Positions 40,115 through 52,856 of a DNA stretch of 64,000 nucleotides are shown here, piece after piece; position 1 is the stretch's first letter, and each line of letters starts with the position of its first letter. Below the pieces are notes generated by a model. That model saw only the letters and a list, made by a program, of their open reading frames with translations. It was not told the origin of the DNA and searched no databases. This stretch comes from Octopus vulgaris. Taxonomy: Eukaryota. The position numbers were made by a program, and so were the translations under genes. The stretch covers positions 7,626,001 through 7,690,000 of the forward strand of contig OX597814.1 in the NCBI GenBank assembly GCA_951406725.2, written 5' to 3'.

Positions 40115-41364
40115 ATGGATTTCGACTTGGCGTCGAGGAGTGACTTTCCCGTGATGGGAAAAGGTGAACAAAAGGATACCGAAGTCAAAAAACAGTCTTT
40201 TTCGGCCGCAGTGGGCAGAACCGTAACGGATGTAGAATTTAAGATTGAACAGTTATTCGAATACCGGAACTTGGTAAAAACGGAAGGAAATGAAATTAAA
40301 CTGGTACCGCCGCAAGCGAAGATACAGGAAATAAAGGCAGAGACAGTTGTATACAAAGTTTATAGCAACAAAGAAAAAAAATAATGGATGTCAAGAACGA
40401 GATAGTAGAAAAGTGCTTGTCCCCGGTGTGGGACAAAATTCGCCACGTTGTTCGAGGTGCTCGCTGCGCTACCGTTGAAGCACATTTCGACTCGGCTGAT
40501 GTGGCAAGAGAGGTGTCATCAATGACCTTGAAAAGTGAGGATATCATGTTGCTACCTTCGTATATGGGGAAAAGATCAGCCAAACTACATGTAGAGGATA
40601 TACCGAGAGGGTATGATATAATGTGGGTAGCAGCGGCAGTCCTGCACAACGTAGAGTGGGAAGTTTCAATTCTGCAGATGAGAAGGAAAGAGGAGGTGCA
40701 CTGGAAAGGACAAACGCTAGAACTCCTCGTTCAAGCAGAAAATAAGATACTAGAAAACTTACCCGATAGGGTATTTAATGAGGAGGGAACTTCAATGAGA
40801 GTGTCAGTGGAGGGGCGCAGACCTAGGTGCTTCAAATGTGGCGAAAAGGGTCACGTTCGCTCAAACTGCTTAAAAAAAGAGAAAATCAACGAAGCCCCTC
40901 CTCAAAGTGCTTCAAACACTGAAAAAGAAAAGGCGGAAAAAGAACCCAAGACTGCGACAAGGAAAGGAACTGAAACGGAAGATGAAAATGAACAGATGGA
41001 ATATACACAGGTGACACACAAAAGAAAAAAAGATAACACCCTGGACTCCCCTCCCCAAACAAAGAAAAAATCAGCAAACACCGCAGAGATACATACAAAA
41101 CAAATTCCCCAGCCCTACCCCCACGGCACTGTATTCATTGGAACACAGTTCGCCAAGCCCCTCCCCATAAAACAAGATTTGAAAAAATTGTTAAAAAAAA
41201 ATGATAAGATTATAGCATTTGACGAGAAGAACGATAGGGTGTACAAATATTTCAAATTTTCAAAAGTTAAACTATTCAGTAAGTCTACAGACACAAAATC
41301 AACCACTCGCTTCGCAAAAATAAAGGAAGACGAGTGGAAGGAAAAACACTACAAGAACATTTAA
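40115..41364 (+). pseudogene. Tx1 ORF1 with CCHC zinc knuckle; apparent frameshift in the A-run at ~40375
   Basis: VSVEGRRPRCFKCGEKGHVRSNC. Confidence 0.85.
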
Positions 41365-41576
41365 AGAATAATTTTATAAGAGATGTAACGAAGGAAATAC
41401 TGGAGGGTAAACTTATTATAACCCCGGCAACCACACCTACCCAGAGCCCGATGGCAACGCCGGTTAAGAGCCCTGCAGCTACGACCACAAGGGAGGAAGA
41501 AGGGGAAGCGGGCAGATTTAAACTGTCATGCTCCCTTTCTCAACCGTAAGTTTATTTATTTTTTCTCTCTCCGACA

Positions 41577-44500
41577 ATGGCAAAGCTGGGTTGTGTGAAT
41601 GTGCGTGGAATGGGGTCGAAATGGAAACAAATTTGTTTCCTGAACGACCTCACGACACACGGAGTGGACGTAGCTATTGTAACCGAGTCCAAGATGAACG
41701 GGGCCCAAGCGTTCTCGCCTCTTCTAAATGGTTTCGAGAAATTTATTTCTCCTAGGCGAGGAAGAGGCGTGGCAGTCCTTATCAGGAAGAGCTTGAACTT
41801 GCAGGTAAGTACTGTCTTTCTGGACCCAGAAGGCAGGCTGGTCGTTCTGGATGTGACCCACGTAAGTAAACAGTCCTTCAGGTTGGTAGCTGTCTACGCT
41901 CCGAATGAGTGTAGGCAGGCGGGTTTTTCGGAATCTGGAGCACTTTTTAGTGACGTCGAAAACGGTAGTCTTAGTAGGGGACTTTAACACTGTCCTTGAA
42001 GTGCGGGTCGACAGTGTTGGCTCAACCAATAGGAAGGGGAACCCTAGCCTCAAGGGTCTACTAGAGAGCTTTGATCTAGTGGACCGTTATCGACTGGATG
42101 AGCCGAGCGTTCCACAGTGGACGTGGAGTAACAACGACGGCTCACACAGATCGTATATAGATAGGATATTCGTTAGGAAAAGAGATAAGGATACGTTTAG
42201 TTGTCCACAGTTTCACATTGTGCCTTACACAGATCACAAATTTGTGACCTGTAGGGTGCAATTAGATAAGTGCCATAGACAGGGACCCGGGTACTGGAAG
42301 CTGAACAAGTCTATTTTGAATTGTGAAGACTTCCATACCCGGATTAAGGTGTTAGTACAGAGGGCATTGTGTGGCACCATCATTAACAATAGATGGTGGC
42401 ACTCCCTCAAAAGAGCCATTCGTTCAGAGTCCATTAGATTTAGCAATCAGCTAAGGTTAGATAGGTCTAGGATAGAGGACGATTTAGTTAAGAATCTAAA
42501 CGAGGCAATGGAAGCTGGCTCTGCATCCGGAGTGATGACGGCAAGGACGGTATTGTACCGTCACCTTAACTCCAAACACAAAGGTTGCAGAGTCAGAGCT
42601 AAGCTACGCGCTGGGAAACGAGAAGGTATTAACGTTGCCGGATGGGCCCGTTGAGTGGAGAGTCAGAGAGGTAACAAAGCTTCAATCAAGTCTTTAACTG
42701 ACGAATAGGGACAAAAGATCTATGGACAGGAGAAGATGCAAAAGTTTCTCCACCAGCATTTCGCCCGCATGTTCGGGGGTGGTGTGGCGCCGGAGCAGGG
42801 GAGGGCCTTAAAGGACTTCCTAGCCGGCGGACCGCGGCTCTTGGGGCGTGAGGTGGAGTGCTGTGAAGGAGCGATCACTCCCGCGGAGATAGAGGGGATA
42901 CTGGCTGGATGCGCCGGGGAGAAGTCGCCGGGGTTGGATGGTCTGCCCTACGAGTTTTACCAAAGTATGCCGGACTTGTTCGGGGGAATAATGGCAGGTG
43001 TCTACGCGAACTGGCAGCAGAATGGGAGAATTCCCAGTTCTGTAAGCTGGGGAGTGGTGACGCTAATCCAGAAAGACCCGAGCAAGGGGGATAACATTAG
43101 TAATTACAGGCCCATAACACTACTTAATGTAGAGTTAAAGATTTTGGCCAAGATGTTGGCAAAAAGGTTGACGATTGTCGTGGAGAAACTTGTAGGGAAA
43201 GCACAGACATGTGCAATTCCAGGCAGGTTGATCCAGGACAATCTTCACCTTATACGCTACACCTTAGATAGGGTGGGTAAATTAACCGGCAAGGGCGGGG
43301 TAATGGTCCATTTAGACCAAAGTAAAGCGTTCGATAGGGTAGACCATAAGTACCTGGCGACGGTCCTCGAAGCGGCTGGACTGGGCCGTGAATTTCGCGG
43401 GTGGATCTCCGCTATGTATAGCGGCATCAAGTCCACCGTCCAGAAACGGATACCTAACGGAACCGTTTTCGATCGAATGTTCAGTTCGTCAAGGGTGCCC
43501 CTTGTCACCACTTTTGTACGTGTTGGCTCTCGAGCCATTGCTGCGAAAGTTGGAGAGGCTGGGAAGTAACCCGGATGAGATCGGAGGTGGGAGGACGGTT
43601 ACTGCTTATGCGGATGACGTCACCCTCATCGTGTGCAATGAGGCCCAGCTACCTTGTGTAGAAGATGCTATCAGAGGATACGAGGCGGTGGCAGGAGCAA
43701 GGGTTAACAAGGACAAGTCGGTTGGCTTGCGCCTCGGCACCTGGAGGAGCAAGTCGATATCGTCCAGTGTCATGGGACACTGGATGGATGGTCCTGTTAA
43801 GTTGCTTGGAGTTTGGTTTGGGTCAGACTCCCAAACGGAGAGGAATTGGAGTGAGGTGACGAACAAGGTGGAGGCCATAGTACGGACCTGGTCCGGAAGG
43901 TCTCTGTCCTTGAAAGGAAGGGCGGAGGTGGCACAGATGTTCATTGCATCTGTAATCACTTACCGCCTGACCGCTGTCCCTTGCCCTGATTCATGGCTTA
44001 GCAAGTTGGAGCGAATCCTTTTCCGCTTTTTGTGGAAGGGAGGAAAGCCACTTGTGAGGCGCTCCGTTTGCTGCCAGGAACCGTTAAAGGGTGGGTTAGG
44101 AATGCCTTGGTTGATGATGCGCAGGCATGCGTTGAGGCTGAAGCATCTCTGGCACCACCTGAAGAGTGATAAGGTGTGGAGTCCGCTGGCAGGGGAATTT
44201 TTCCTGAGACCGGCTTCCTTAGTGAATTTTAAACCCAGTCGCATCAAAAGACGGAATCTGACTTTATGGCAAAAGGAGTGCCGACAAGCACTCACGCTGA
44301 TCCACAAGGCGGGCAAGGCCGGCTGCGGAAATACGACCTCGGTATTTTATAGCAGGCTGGTAGAGGCAAAGAACGACGACGTCCTAGGAGGGGCTCTGGG
44401 GTTTGACGAAGACCAGCTTACCAACCTGTTTAAAAAGACTTTCAGGACGGGGTATTTGGATAATTTCCAAAGATCCCTGGCCTGGCAGTGTTATAGGAAT

Positions 44501-44957
44501 GCTTTACCTGTTCGCGAGAAGTTATCGCGGCACGGAATTTCAGTGCCACCGACGTGACCAAGATGCGGGTTGGACGATGAAACCGTCCAGCACGCTTTTG
44601 TACACTGTCGGAAGTTGTCAGACTTGATAAGTTACGCAGAACACGTGTTATCGCATCTGGGACGAGTACAGCTGTCGGCTGAGTCTATGATTAAAGATGA
44701 TACCGCCAACTGGACTCTCGAAGGAAGGTGAGGCATGTTTTCACTGCACGGTTGCAGTAGTAAAAGAATGCATGTGGCGTACAAGAATGGAAGGAGTCGC
44801 AATAGGATCCTTTGTCTCAGGCCCCGGCTTGCTCACTTACTTCAGATATCATCTGAAGAGCAAAATGGGGCTGGAAAAGAAGATCTTACCACGAGGTGTG
44901 TATGAAAAAAGATGGAAGGAAGTGGCAAAAAAGGTGGGTGTCAGAAACCCAGCTTAA
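41577..44957 (+). pseudogene. Tx1 ORF2 (APE endonuclease + RT) with frameshifts and stops
   Basis: CVNVRG, AVYAP, VGDFN, SYIDRIF, TDH, GPGYWKLN, KSPGLDG, NYRPITLLN, DQSKAFD, VRQGCPLSP, AYADD, GGLG. Confidence 0.93.
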
Positions 44958-45236
44958 CTATGGATGGAGGAGAGGAAAGAAAAGCTGCGGGGCCTTATAG
45001 GTTGCCGGGGTTTAAAATATATCGGTAAGAGCGCAAGTTAATGTAATGTTGTAATGTTCTATTAAGTCAATGCAAAGGACCATTTAAATACAAATTTTGT
45101 TTAAGGAATAATCCATATATTATGGAAAATTTTTAATCGAACCACTTAACTGTTTTTTGTATGTATGTCCTGTATTGTCCTTCTATGTAATGATTTTATA
45201 ATCGTAATAAAGAAATTCATCGACAACCATGATTGT

Positions 45237-45281
45237 CACACGCTGATGAAAGGTAAACACCTTGAAACTCGGGTACGTGTG
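45237..45281 (+). ncRNA. Canonical type-I hammerhead ribozyme
   Basis: CACACG-CTGATGA-AAGGT(AAAC)ACCTT-GAAAC-TCGG-GTA-CGTGTG; predicted cleavage after A45275. Confidence 0.92.
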
Positions 45282-45711
45282 TATCATGTGTTGAAGACGG
45301 GGAGGATGACTCCCCTTCACAAATACTGACAGGACACAGATAGTGTGTCTATAGCCAGCTGGTGGAGATATCTTCCTGGGGCTACAAACTACAGTAGCAT
45401 CCACCCTTATGGGTTAGCCATATTCAAATGGCAAATATGCAACACAAAATAATATAATAATTTTACTTATAATAAACTCTATTATCAAACTAGAAACTTA
45501 AAACTTAATAATTGTGATTATATCAAAATCGATTATAATGTTAAATATTAATTTTAATTTTTAAGGTAAGAAACCCACCGATAATCTAATGTCAGTAATA
45601 GTCTATATCTAATTACATAAATATAAAAAAAAAAAATGACTATTATATATAAAAAATTATCAATGGATATATATAAATGTATATATATAAAAATGTATAT
45701 ATATATGTATA

Positions 45712-46292
45712 TGTCCGTTGCCAGCCTCGATTGCCCCCATGCCGGTGACACGTAAAAGCACCATCCGTTCGTGGCCGTTTGCCAGCTCTGTCTGGCAACC
45801 GTGTCGGTGGCACATAAAAGCACCATCCGTTCGCGTCCGTTGCCAGCCTCGGCTGGCCCCCGTGCCGGTGACACGTAAAAGCACCGTCCGTTCGTGGCCG
45901 TTTGCCAGCTCTGTCTGGCCCCGTGTCGGTGGCACGTAAAAGCACCATCCGTTCATGTTCGTTGTCAGCCTCGGCTGGCCCCCGTGCCGGTGACACGTAA
46001 AAGCACCATCCGTTCGTGTCCATTGCCAGCATCGCCTGGCCCCGTGCCGGTGACACGTAAAAGCACCGTCCGTTCGTGGCCGTTTGCCAGCTCTGTTTGG
46101 CACCTGTGCAGGTGGCACGTAAAAAACACCCACTACACTCGCGGAGTGGTTGGCGTTAGGAAGGGCATCCAGCCGTAGAAACACTGCCAGATCTGACTGG
46201 GCCTGACGAAGCCTTCCAGCTTCACAGACCCCAGTTGACCCGTCCAACCCATGCTAGCATGGAAAGCGGACGCTAAATGATGATGATGATGA
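45712..46292 (+). mobile_element. RTE 3'UTR/tail with ~60-bp tandem repeats
   Basis: Repeated ccccgtgccggtgacacgtaaaagcacc; (GAT)n end. Confidence 0.85.
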
Positions 46293-46294
46293 TA

Positions 46295-46535
46295 TGTGCT
46301 TGTGTGTCTGTGTTTGTGTGTCTGTGTTTGTCCCCCTAGCATTGCTTGACAACCGATGCTGGTGTGTTTACATCCCCGTCACTTAGCGGTTCGGCAAAAG
46401 AGACTTATAGAATAAGTACTGGGCTTACAAAGAATAAGTCCCGGGGTCGATTTGCTCGACTAAAGGCGGTGCTCCAGCATGGCCACAGTCAAATGATTGA
46501 AACAAGTAAAAGAGTATAAAAGAGAGTATAAAAGA
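46295..46535 (+). mobile_element. OK-type SINE 3' half
   Basis: gtgtttgtccccctagcattgcttgacaaccgatg...aaacaagtaaaagag. Confidence 0.85.
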
Positions 46536-46654
46536 GTATTAAAGCACAATACAGTCCTTGCACCTACATCAAACCATCCAACCTATGCTGGCATGGAAAA
46601 CAGATGTTACAAGATTATGATGATGATGATGATGATGATATTATATATATATGT

Positions 46655-47803
46655 CATCATCATCATCATCATTATCACCGTTTAATGTCCGCTTTCCCTG
46701 CTGGTATAGGTTGGATGATTTGACTGAGGACTGGCGAGCCAGATGGCTGCACGAGGGTCCAGTCTGATCTGGCAGTGTTTCTACAGCTGGATGCCCTTCC
46801 TAATGCCAACTACTCTGAGAGTGTAGTAGGTGCTTTTAAGTACCACTGGAATGACGGCCAGGCAGGCGGTACTGGCAATGGCCACGTTCAGATGATGCTT
46901 TTTACGTGCCACCTGCACAGGAACCAGTCCAACAGCACTGGCAACAACCTTGCTCAAATGTTTTTTCACATGCCACCGGCACAAGTGTCAGTGAGGTGAT
47001 GCTGGTAATAATCACACTCGAATGGTGCTTTCTACGTGCCACCAGCATAGAAGCCAGTTAGCTGCTCTGACAATGATGACGCTCGGATGGTACTCTTAGT
47101 GCTCCACTAGCACGGATGCCAATCATGCGGTGCTGTCATCGAATTTGATTTTGATTTTGATTTCACTTGCCTCAACAGGTCTTTGCAAGTAAGGTTTAGT
47201 GTCCAAGGAAGGAAAGCTACACATAAGTGGGCTGGTTACACCCCTACCATAGGTCTCACTTGGTTTGTTGGGTCTTCTCACGCATAGCATATTTCCAAAA
47301 GTCGGTGAGGCCCAATGTTCGGAGGTCGTGCTTCACCACTTCATCCCAGGTTTTCCTGGGTCTGCCTCTTCCACAGGTTCCCTCAACCACATGGGTGTGA
47401 CACTTTTTCACACAGCTATCCTCATCCATTCTTGCCACATGACCATACCAGTGAAGTCATCTCTCTTGCACACCACATCTAATGCTTCTTAGGTCCAACT
47501 TTTCTCTCAAGGTACCTACACTCTGTCGAGTATGCACACTGACATTACACATCCATCGGAGCATACTGGCTTCATTCCTTGCGAGCTTATGCATGTCCTC
47601 AGCAGTCACGGCCCATGTTTCACTGCCATGTAGCATGGCTGTTCATACACATGCGTCATACAGTCTACCTTTTACTCTGAGCGAGAGGCCTTTTGTCACC
47701 AGCAGAGGTAAGAGCTCTCTGAACTTTGCCCAAGCTATTCTTATTCTAGCCACTAAACTTTCAGAGCACCCACCCCCGTTACTAACTTGGTCACCTAGGT
47801 AAC
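46655..47803 (-). mobile_element. RTE 3' fragment
   Basis: Reverse-strand YLGDQVS...GRGRPRKTW plus UTR and tail. Confidence 0.88.
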
Positions 47804-47806
47804 AGA

Positions 47807-48503
47807 ATGGTCATGTGGCGAGAATGGATGAAGATAATTGTGTGAAAAAGTGTCACACCCTAGCGGTTGAGGGAATCTGTGGAAGAGGCAGACCCAGGAA
47901 AGCCTGGGATGAGGTGGTGAAGCATGACCTTCGAACTTTAGGTCTCACCAAGGAAATGACTAGAGACCAAGACCTTTGGAAGTATGCTGTGCGTGAGAAG
48001 ACCCGGCAGGAAAAGTGAGACCATAACCAATGGCCTCTACCTGGGATGTAGCCAGTCCACTTATGCATACCTTTCCTTCTTGGGACACTAAACTCTACTT
48101 GTTAAGATCTGTTGAGCCAAGTGAAAATCAAATCAAAAATCGAAATTGATCAACATCAATGGAAATTGTAGCTGTGATACCAGTGCCGGTGGCACATAAG
48201 AGAACCATCCGAACGTGGCCTTTGCCAGCGTCGCCCCGACTGGCCTCATGCAGGTGGCACGTAAAAAGCACCATCTGATCGTGGCCATTTGCCACCCTTG
48301 CCTGGCACCTGTGCCGGTGGCACATAAAAAGCACCCACTACATTCACGGAGTGGTTGGCATTAGGAAGGGCATCCAGCCGTAGAAACATTGTCAGATCAG
48401 ACTGGGCCTGGTGCAGCCTTCTGGCTTCCCAGACCCCAGTTGAACCGTCTAACCCATGCTAGCATGGAAAGCGGACGCTAAACGATGATGATGATGATGA
48501 TGA
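47807..48503 (+). mobile_element. RTE 3' fragment, back-to-back with the previous one
   Basis: ARMDEDNCVKKC...GRGRPRKAW plus UTR and (GAT)n. Confidence 0.88.
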
Positions 48504-50089
48504 TATATATTTGCATATAATGTTTGAAGTGGTGCACAGATTTTATGTATTAAGAAAAAGTCAAAATTCTGGATAATATATAGAAGGAAGAAAGGAAAGT
48601 TTTCTTTCTCCTTCTTTCTTCTTATCTTTTTCAATCCTTTCTTTCTTTCTAACTTTTTTATTTCTATCATCCATTTTTCTGTCTAATGTTATGAAATTAT
48701 AAATTATAATGTGAAGTAAACAGGAAAACAGTTTTCATGCTGCACTGGAAGGATGAAGTCCATTATTAAAATGGGGGACGCTATAGTTATTAGCCAAAAC
48801 TGTGAAACTAGGACAAATTGGCTAGACCCTGGCAAACTTTATAAATAGAGATAATTTTACCCTCCAGTTTTTTTGTGATAGTTTATTCTGTGAGACAAAG
48901 TTGTTCAATTGGATTCTGGAAGCTATGATTGCCTGTTTAGTTTACGTCAGATTTAAAATAATTTCTGTGTCACATCTGGGTCCAAGGTTCGAAATCAAAG
49001 GTTGAACAACAAATTGATAGAAGACAGACTTAATGATATTCCAAGGTTCAAAATCCAAGGTTGAACACTGAATTTGTGAAGAAAGATTGTATGAAGTCAA
49101 GGTTCAAAATCCACTTTTGAAATCCAAGTTTCGAAAACTGAATTTGTACTAAAATGGAAATCTGGATTTTATGAAATCCAAAATTTTTGGAATACATATT
49201 TTTGAAAAACCAATTTTGTGTGAGGTCAATTTTGGTGAAACCAAAAACCGGAATACAGAGTCCGAATTTCTGAACTGTATATATATGTTACCCTTGTAAC
49301 TTTTGACTGGCCGTCTGGTGTAGCATATGCTGTTATTTTATGTAAGCTGTTTTTTATGCTGACTGTTAATAATACTTTACAAAAAAATTTCATGGTGCAG
49401 TGTTGTTTTGGGTTCACCCTATCCTTGTTGATTCTGTAGATTCGGGTTAACACTAATCAAGCCTCCAAAAATTCACCACACACATACACAGATTCAAAAT
49501 AAAAAAGAACCTTCTCTTTCCAATTCAACTCCAGATGAGCACCATTATACACCACACAGTTTAGCAATGATCACCTCATTCAAATTTCCATTTATTTTGA
49601 TATGGGGCAAAATGTATAATATGCTGGTTAATAAACTTTGTTGATTGTATATTATCCCCCTTTTGTCACCTTTCATCATCATCATCATTTAATGTTTGTT
49701 TTCCATGTTGGTATGGGTTGAATGATTTAACTGACAACTGGTAAGCTGGGCAACTGTACCAGGTTCTAATCTGAGTTGGCATGGTATCTAAAGCTGGATG
49801 CCCTTCCTAATGCCAACCACTCCCCGAGTGTAGTGGGTGCTTTTATGTGCACATCTATGATCTCAGCTTCATAGGTCTTCACAAGCATGGCATATTGCCA
49901 AAGGGGTCACCTATACGAGCTGCAGCCATGTTTGATGCTTGTTAACGTTCTCTGCTAAGATTTTTAAGGATCACACTACTCTATCACTTGCTATGTGTGT
50001 GTGTGTGTGTGTAAGTATCATGTAGTCACCTGTATAGTTATTCAGGTGGGGGGGGGGCACCATCCCCAACGACTGGTGTAGTAGCATTA

Positions 50090-51830
50090 TAGGCAGCTGC
50101 TATAAGGGTTATAGGTGATGCCTTAGATAGAAAAAACTACAGAGATATTAAACTGCTAGACCAAGTCATGAAAGGTACTGAGAGGGTTATATTTCAGGTG
50201 ATTAGAAATAGAATTAAACTAGATGAGATGCAGTTTGGTTTTGTAGCTGAGAAGAGTACCACAGAAGCCATCTTCCTAGTGAGACAGCTGCAAGGAAAGT
50301 AGTTGGCCAAAAGTAGGCCATCGACCTGGAGAAAGCTTTCAACAAAGTTCCTTGGTCTGTTACATGGTAGTCTGTAAGGAAGTTAGGAGCAGAGGAGTGG
50401 CTTGTTAGAGCTGTCCAAACCATGTACAGTCAGGAAGGTGAGAGTCAGCTATGAATAATACAGAGATGAATTTTGCGTTCAGGAAGGGGTTCACCAGGGC
50501 TCAGTTCTCAGCCCACTCTTATTCATTATAGTCCTTCAGGCCATCACAGAGGAATTCAAGACTGGGCGCCAGTGGAAACTGCTATATTTCTTTATTGCCC
50601 ACAAAGGGCTAACATAGAAGGGACAATCAAGGACAGACAAAGGGATTCAGTCGATTATATCGACCCAAGTGCATAACTGGTACTTAATTTATCAACCCTG
50701 AAAGGATGAAAAGCAAAGTTGACCTCGGCAGAATTTGAACTCAGAATGTAACGGCAGACAAAATACCGCTAAGCATTTCACCCAGTGTGCTAACGTTTCT
50801 GCCAGTCATCGCCTGTCTTTTTTTTTTTCCTCAGATAAATAATGGATGTTTGGTTGTCCATTTTGGAAGGTCAGAGTGGTACATGATTTATCATCACAGG
50901 ATTGAGAACTGCTATATACTGATGACCTTGCTCTTATTGCAGAATCTTTAGCAGAATTGGAGAAGAAATTCCATGTATGGAAACCAAACAACTTGGAATC
51001 AAAGGGCCTAGCTAAGTCAAAAGTGGTTCTTAGTGAGAAAGAAGATAAATTTTCCTTCCGTCAGGTAAATGGTGCGACTCAATATGTAGGAAAAGTGTTG
51101 GAAGAAATTCCAATTGTTGCACCCAATGTAAACTATGGACACATAAGAGGTGCATTGGAACCACAGATAGATTAACAGATAAAGTCATCTTTGTGTGTGG
51201 CAGATATGCAGGAACAATAAACACTAAGAGCACACAGGACTTAGATTCTCTCAAATGCCCAGGAGGCTCTCTTGAGGTTATAGATAGTTTCTGTTACCTA
51301 GGTGACCAAATTAGCAATGGTGGAGGATGCTCTTAAAGTATTGTTTCTAGAATAAGAATAGGATGGAGGAAGTTCAGAGAACTATTACCTCTGTTAGCAA
51401 CAAAAAGGACCCTCTCTCTCAAAGTGAAAAGTAGACTATATGGTGCTTGTGTGCGAATGGCTATACTCCATGGCAGTGAGACATGGTCTTTGCATGTAGA
51501 AGACATGCATAGAATGGAGAGAAACGAAGGTATTATGCTCTGTTGGATGTACAATATCAGTGCACATGTGGGACAAAGTGCAAATGTATTGAGAAAAAAG
51601 TTGGGCACAAGAGGTATCAAATGTAGCTTGCAAGAGAGAAGACATGTGATGCATATGAATGAGGATAACCATATAGAGAAGTGCCAGTCACTGAACGTGG
51701 ATGGCATCTGTGGAAAAGGGAAACCCTGGAAGACATGGGATGAAGTGGTGGAGACTGATCTCAGGTTTTTAAGCCTCATGGAGGAAATGACAATGGATCA
51801 AGATGTCTGGGCAATATGAGGCTTTTGAGA
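50090..51830 (+). mobile_element. Degenerate RTE LINE
   Basis: NYRDIKLLDQV, EMQFGF, LYTDDL, RIRIGWRKFRELLP. Confidence 0.85.
50583..50815 (-). mobile_element. OR-type tRNA-derived SINE inserted in the RTE
   Basis: Reverse complement aggcgatgactggcagaaacgttagc...ctgagttcaaattc (B box); gaactgctata-like duplication at the flanks. Confidence 0.7.
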
Positions 51831-52856
51831 AGACCTACCCATTTCAGTGTATCTGTGTTCTAGAAGCTCTGTGTGTTCCACATGCAACAATAAATCTTTC
51901 CACACATCCTACCCCAACAAACAAAAGTACATCACTTTCTCCCATTTCCACTTCATGCATTAGGCTTATCTCTCACTCCTCAATCCCTTCCTCATGGCCC
52001 TACTCACTGACTCATTGCTATCCCATGGTACCCCACCCCTTCTATATACCCAGGTTTTCACCAGCCACTGCACTACTCTTGGCCCTTATGCTTCTTTGCC
52101 AATACCCTGCCACTTATATTATGACCTCCATACCTTGAGGTTCTACCCTGGCACTTACCACCACCTATCACTCTCTCCCTTTACAATCCAATTCATATTC
52201 TGATCCCTGCTCCTTGTGAGTAAGCCCTGGCACTTTGCTACCACCCCTCTCCTACTCTCACTTACCCTCTTGCTCTCTCCCACTCTCTTTTCCTTTTGAT
52301 TTTCCCTCAGGCTGGACAGCCATGTGTCTCCTCTACAGCGGTACACATGTTACTGTCTTCATACTTGATCACTCTCTCTCTACCTCTCTGGTAAAACATG
52401 AACCTCTCCCTACAACAGGATATGGGTTTCTGCCCCTGTTTCTCCATCACATTCGAACCTAATGCCCCCTCCCCTTCTCAAAGGGTCTTTGTCTTGCAAT
52501 TTACTTGGTGACCCTGACAGTGCAGGTGCCACTTCAAAGTACCCAGTGCACTCTGTAAAGTGGTTGGCATTTGGAAGGACATCCAGCTGTAAAAAGCTTA
52601 CAAAAACTGACCTGACCTGAGCAAGTGCCACGTAAAAAGCACTCAGTCCAATCTACTGGGTGGGTGTGTTAAGAAGGGCATCCAGTTGTAGAACTGTGCC
52701 AAAACAGACACAAAAGTCTGCTGGAGGCACCTACCTGGCCAGGTCCTGTCAAACCATGCAACCCATGACAGCATGGAAGGAGGAAGTTAAAAGATGATGA
52801 TCATGACATACATGTTCATACAATGTCAAAGCTGTCACGTGAAAAGCATGTGTGCC

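Larger units (their letters stand above)
39882..45216 (+). mobile_element. Full-length Tx1/L1-clade LINE with a 20-bp TSD
   Basis: TSD TCATCGACAACCATGATTGT at 39862-39881 and 45217-45236; AATAAA at 45206; ORF1 and ORF2 present. Confidence 0.93.
39585..45446 (+). mobile_element. Retrozyme-like / Penelope-pLTR-like non-coding element (~353-nt unit), split by a Tx1 LINE
   Basis: 14-bp TSD AAATAATATAATAA (39571-39584 and 45447-45460); ~87-bp direct repeat 39646-39732 / 45354-45440; 67-bp inverted 5' piece; hammerhead at 45237-45281. Confidence 0.8.

Noticed and set aside
49226-49453. Possible upstream PARP (WWE or macro domain) exon
   Set aside because: No recognisable domain motif. I could not identify further exons in 38688-64000; they may lie outside the window or be too diverged to see.
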